DNA from: Azolla caroliniana
Lineage: Eukaryota > Plantae > Polypodiophyta
Length of the DNA: 42,929 bases
NCBI GenBank assembly: GCA_043228905.1
Contig: JBHGNT010000266.1
Span: forward strand, 1-42,929
Direction of reading: 5' to 3'
Shown here: positions 41,185 to 42,929 of the stretch, in pieces
Numbering within the stretch: position 1 is the stretch's first letter
How the letters are laid out: each line of letters begins with the position of its first letter
Made by a program: the position numbers and the translations under genes
The notes under the pieces: generated by a model
What the model was told of the DNA's origin: nothing
Seen by the model: only the letters and a program-made list of their open reading frames with translations
The model's database searches: none

Positions 41185-42560
41185 AACTCCCTCCTCAAGT
41201 TTGCTAATTTCTTCATGTCTCTCGACCCGAGTTTCAAAATCTTGATTTTTTAATTCCATATCATAGCTAGCGTTGTTAGCTTCGATTCGCATGTTTGAAC
41301 ACAAAAATCCGATATCACACGAGCGAGGTATGAACATTTTAATTTCTTCAAGGGCTCCTCTCAACTCCCTCCTCAAGTTTTCTATTTTCATCATGTCTCT
41401 CGACCTGAGTTTCAAAATCTTGATTTTTAATTCCAAATTATAGCTAGCGTTGTTAGCTTTGAATCGCATGTTTGAATACAATAGTACGATATCACACGAG
41501 CCAGGTATGAACATTTTAATTTACCTACTAGGTCTTCTCAACTCACTCCTCAAGTTTGCTAATTTCTTCATGTCTCTCGACCCGAGTTTCAAAATCTTGA
41601 TTTTTTAATTCCATATCATAGCTAGCGTTGTTAGCTTCGATTCGCATGTTTGAACACAAAAATCCGATATCACACGAGCCAGGTATGAACATTTTAATTT
41701 ACCTACTAGGTCTTCTCAACTCACTCCTCAAGTTTGCTAATTTCTTCATGTCTCTCGACCCGAGTTTCAAAATCTTGATTTTTTAATTCCATATCATAGC
41801 TAGCGTTGTTAGCTTCGATTCGCATGTTTGAACACAAAAATCCGATATCACACGAGCCAGGTATGAACATTTTAATTTACCTACTAAGTCTTGTCAACTC
41901 ACTCCTCAAGTTTGCTAATTTCTTCATGTCTCTCGACCCGAGTTTCAAAATCTTGATTTTCTAATTACATATCATAGCTAGCGTTGAGAGCTTCGATTCG
42001 CATGTTTGAATACAAAAATCCGATATCACACGAGCCAGGTATGAACATTTTAATTTACCTAATAGCTCTTCTCAACTCCCTCCTCAAGTTTGCTAATTTC
42101 TTCATGTCTCTCGACCCGAGTTTCAAAATCTTGATTTTTTAATTCCATATCATAGCTAGCGTTGTTAGCTTCGATTCGCATGTTTGAACACAAAAATCCG
42201 ATATCACACGAGCGAGGTATGAACATTTTAATTTCTTCAAGGGCTCCTCTCAACTCCCTCCTCAAGTTTTCTATTTTCATCATGTCTCTCGACCTGAGTT
42301 TCAAAATCTTGATTTTTAATTCCAAATTATAGCTAGCGTTGTTAGCTTTGAATCGCATGTTTGAATACAATAGTACGATATCACACGAGCCAGGTATGAA
42401 CATTTTAATTTACCTACTAGGTCTTCTCAACTCACTCCTCAAGTTTGCTAATTTCTTCATGTCTCTCGACCCGAGTTTCAAAATCTTGATTTTTTAATTC
42501 CATATCATAGCTAGCGTTGTTAGCTTCGATTCGCATGTTTGAACACAAAAATCCGATATC
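41000..42560 (+). repeat. 5-mer HOR duplication (889 bp)
   Basis: Private variant aatagtacgat at 41480 and 42369. ORF right ends 41514/42403 are also offset by 889. Confidence 0.8.
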
Positions 42561-42929
42561 ACACGACCCAGGTATGAACATTTTAATTTACTCAAGGGCT
42601 CCTCTCAACTCCCTCCTCAAGTTTGCTAATTTCTTCATGTCTCTTGACCTGAGTTTCAAAATCTTGATTTTTTAATTCCATATCATAGCTAGCGTTGTTA
42701 GCTTCGATTCGCATGTTTGAACACAAAAATCCGATATCACACGAGCCAGGTATGAACATTTTAATTTACTCAAGGGCTCCTCTCAACTCCCTCCTCAAGT
42801 TTGCTAATTTCTTCATGTCTCTTGACCTGAGTTTCAAAATCTTGGTTTTTTAATCCCATATCATAGCTAGCGTTGTTAGCTTCGATTCGCATGTTTGAAC
42901 ACAAAACTCCGATATCACACGAGCCAGGT

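Larger units (their letters stand above)
90..42929 (+). repeat. 178-bp tandem satellite array (~241 monomers), centromeric/pericentromeric-like
   Basis: Anchor AGGTATGAAC recurs every 178 bp (262, 440, 618, 796) to the window end. Common monomer: aggtatgaacattttaatttacctactaggtcttctcaactcactcctcaagtttgctaatttcttcatgtctctcgacccgagtttcaaaatcttgattttttaattccatatcatagctagcgttgttagcttcgattcgcatgtttgaacacaaaaatccgatatcacacgagcc. Most units carry one NheI (GCTAGC) and one EcoRV (GATATC) site. Some units are 177 bp. The centromeric role is inferred only from unit size and organisation. Confidence 0.98.

Noticed and set aside
41173-42403. 113-aa and 114-aa minus-strand ORFs
   Set aside because: Same satellite read-through, lengthened by a frame-preserving 177-bp monomer and duplicated with the 889-bp HOR.
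90-42929. CRISPR-like array or variable-cassette system (conserved segments alternating with variable blocks)
   Set aside because: The variable blocks are a few homologous alleles differing by substitutions, not unique spacers. No cas, recombinase or reverse transcriptase gene is present.
90-42929. 5S rDNA, tRNA or snRNA tandem array
   Set aside because: I recognise no 5S, tRNA cloverleaf or Pol III box sequence in the monomer.

Overview
The whole 42.9 kb window is one eukaryotic satellite DNA array of about 241 head-to-tail copies of a 178-bp AT-rich monomer (AGGTATG anchor at 262, 440, 618, 796...). The nucleosome-scale unit and nested higher-order repeats (HORs) resemble centromeric or pericentromeric satellite. 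I found no genes, RNA genes, transposons or CRISPR spacers, and all listed ORFs are read-throughs of the satellite. I cannot assign the family or organism. The informative signal is structural: (i) an orientation switch at 86/90 with a locally templated junction; (ii) an 82-bp in-place inversion (817-898) with microhomology, roughly centred on a variant palindrome; (iii) three deletion alleles (net 50, 25 and 25 bp), two of them copied by an 814-bp duplication; (iv) HORs of 2-35 monomers traceable by private variants; (v) several dyad elements and CpG-decay variants in the monomer. I see no evidence for a new coding system. Coordinates were counted by eye and HOR boundaries are approximate.
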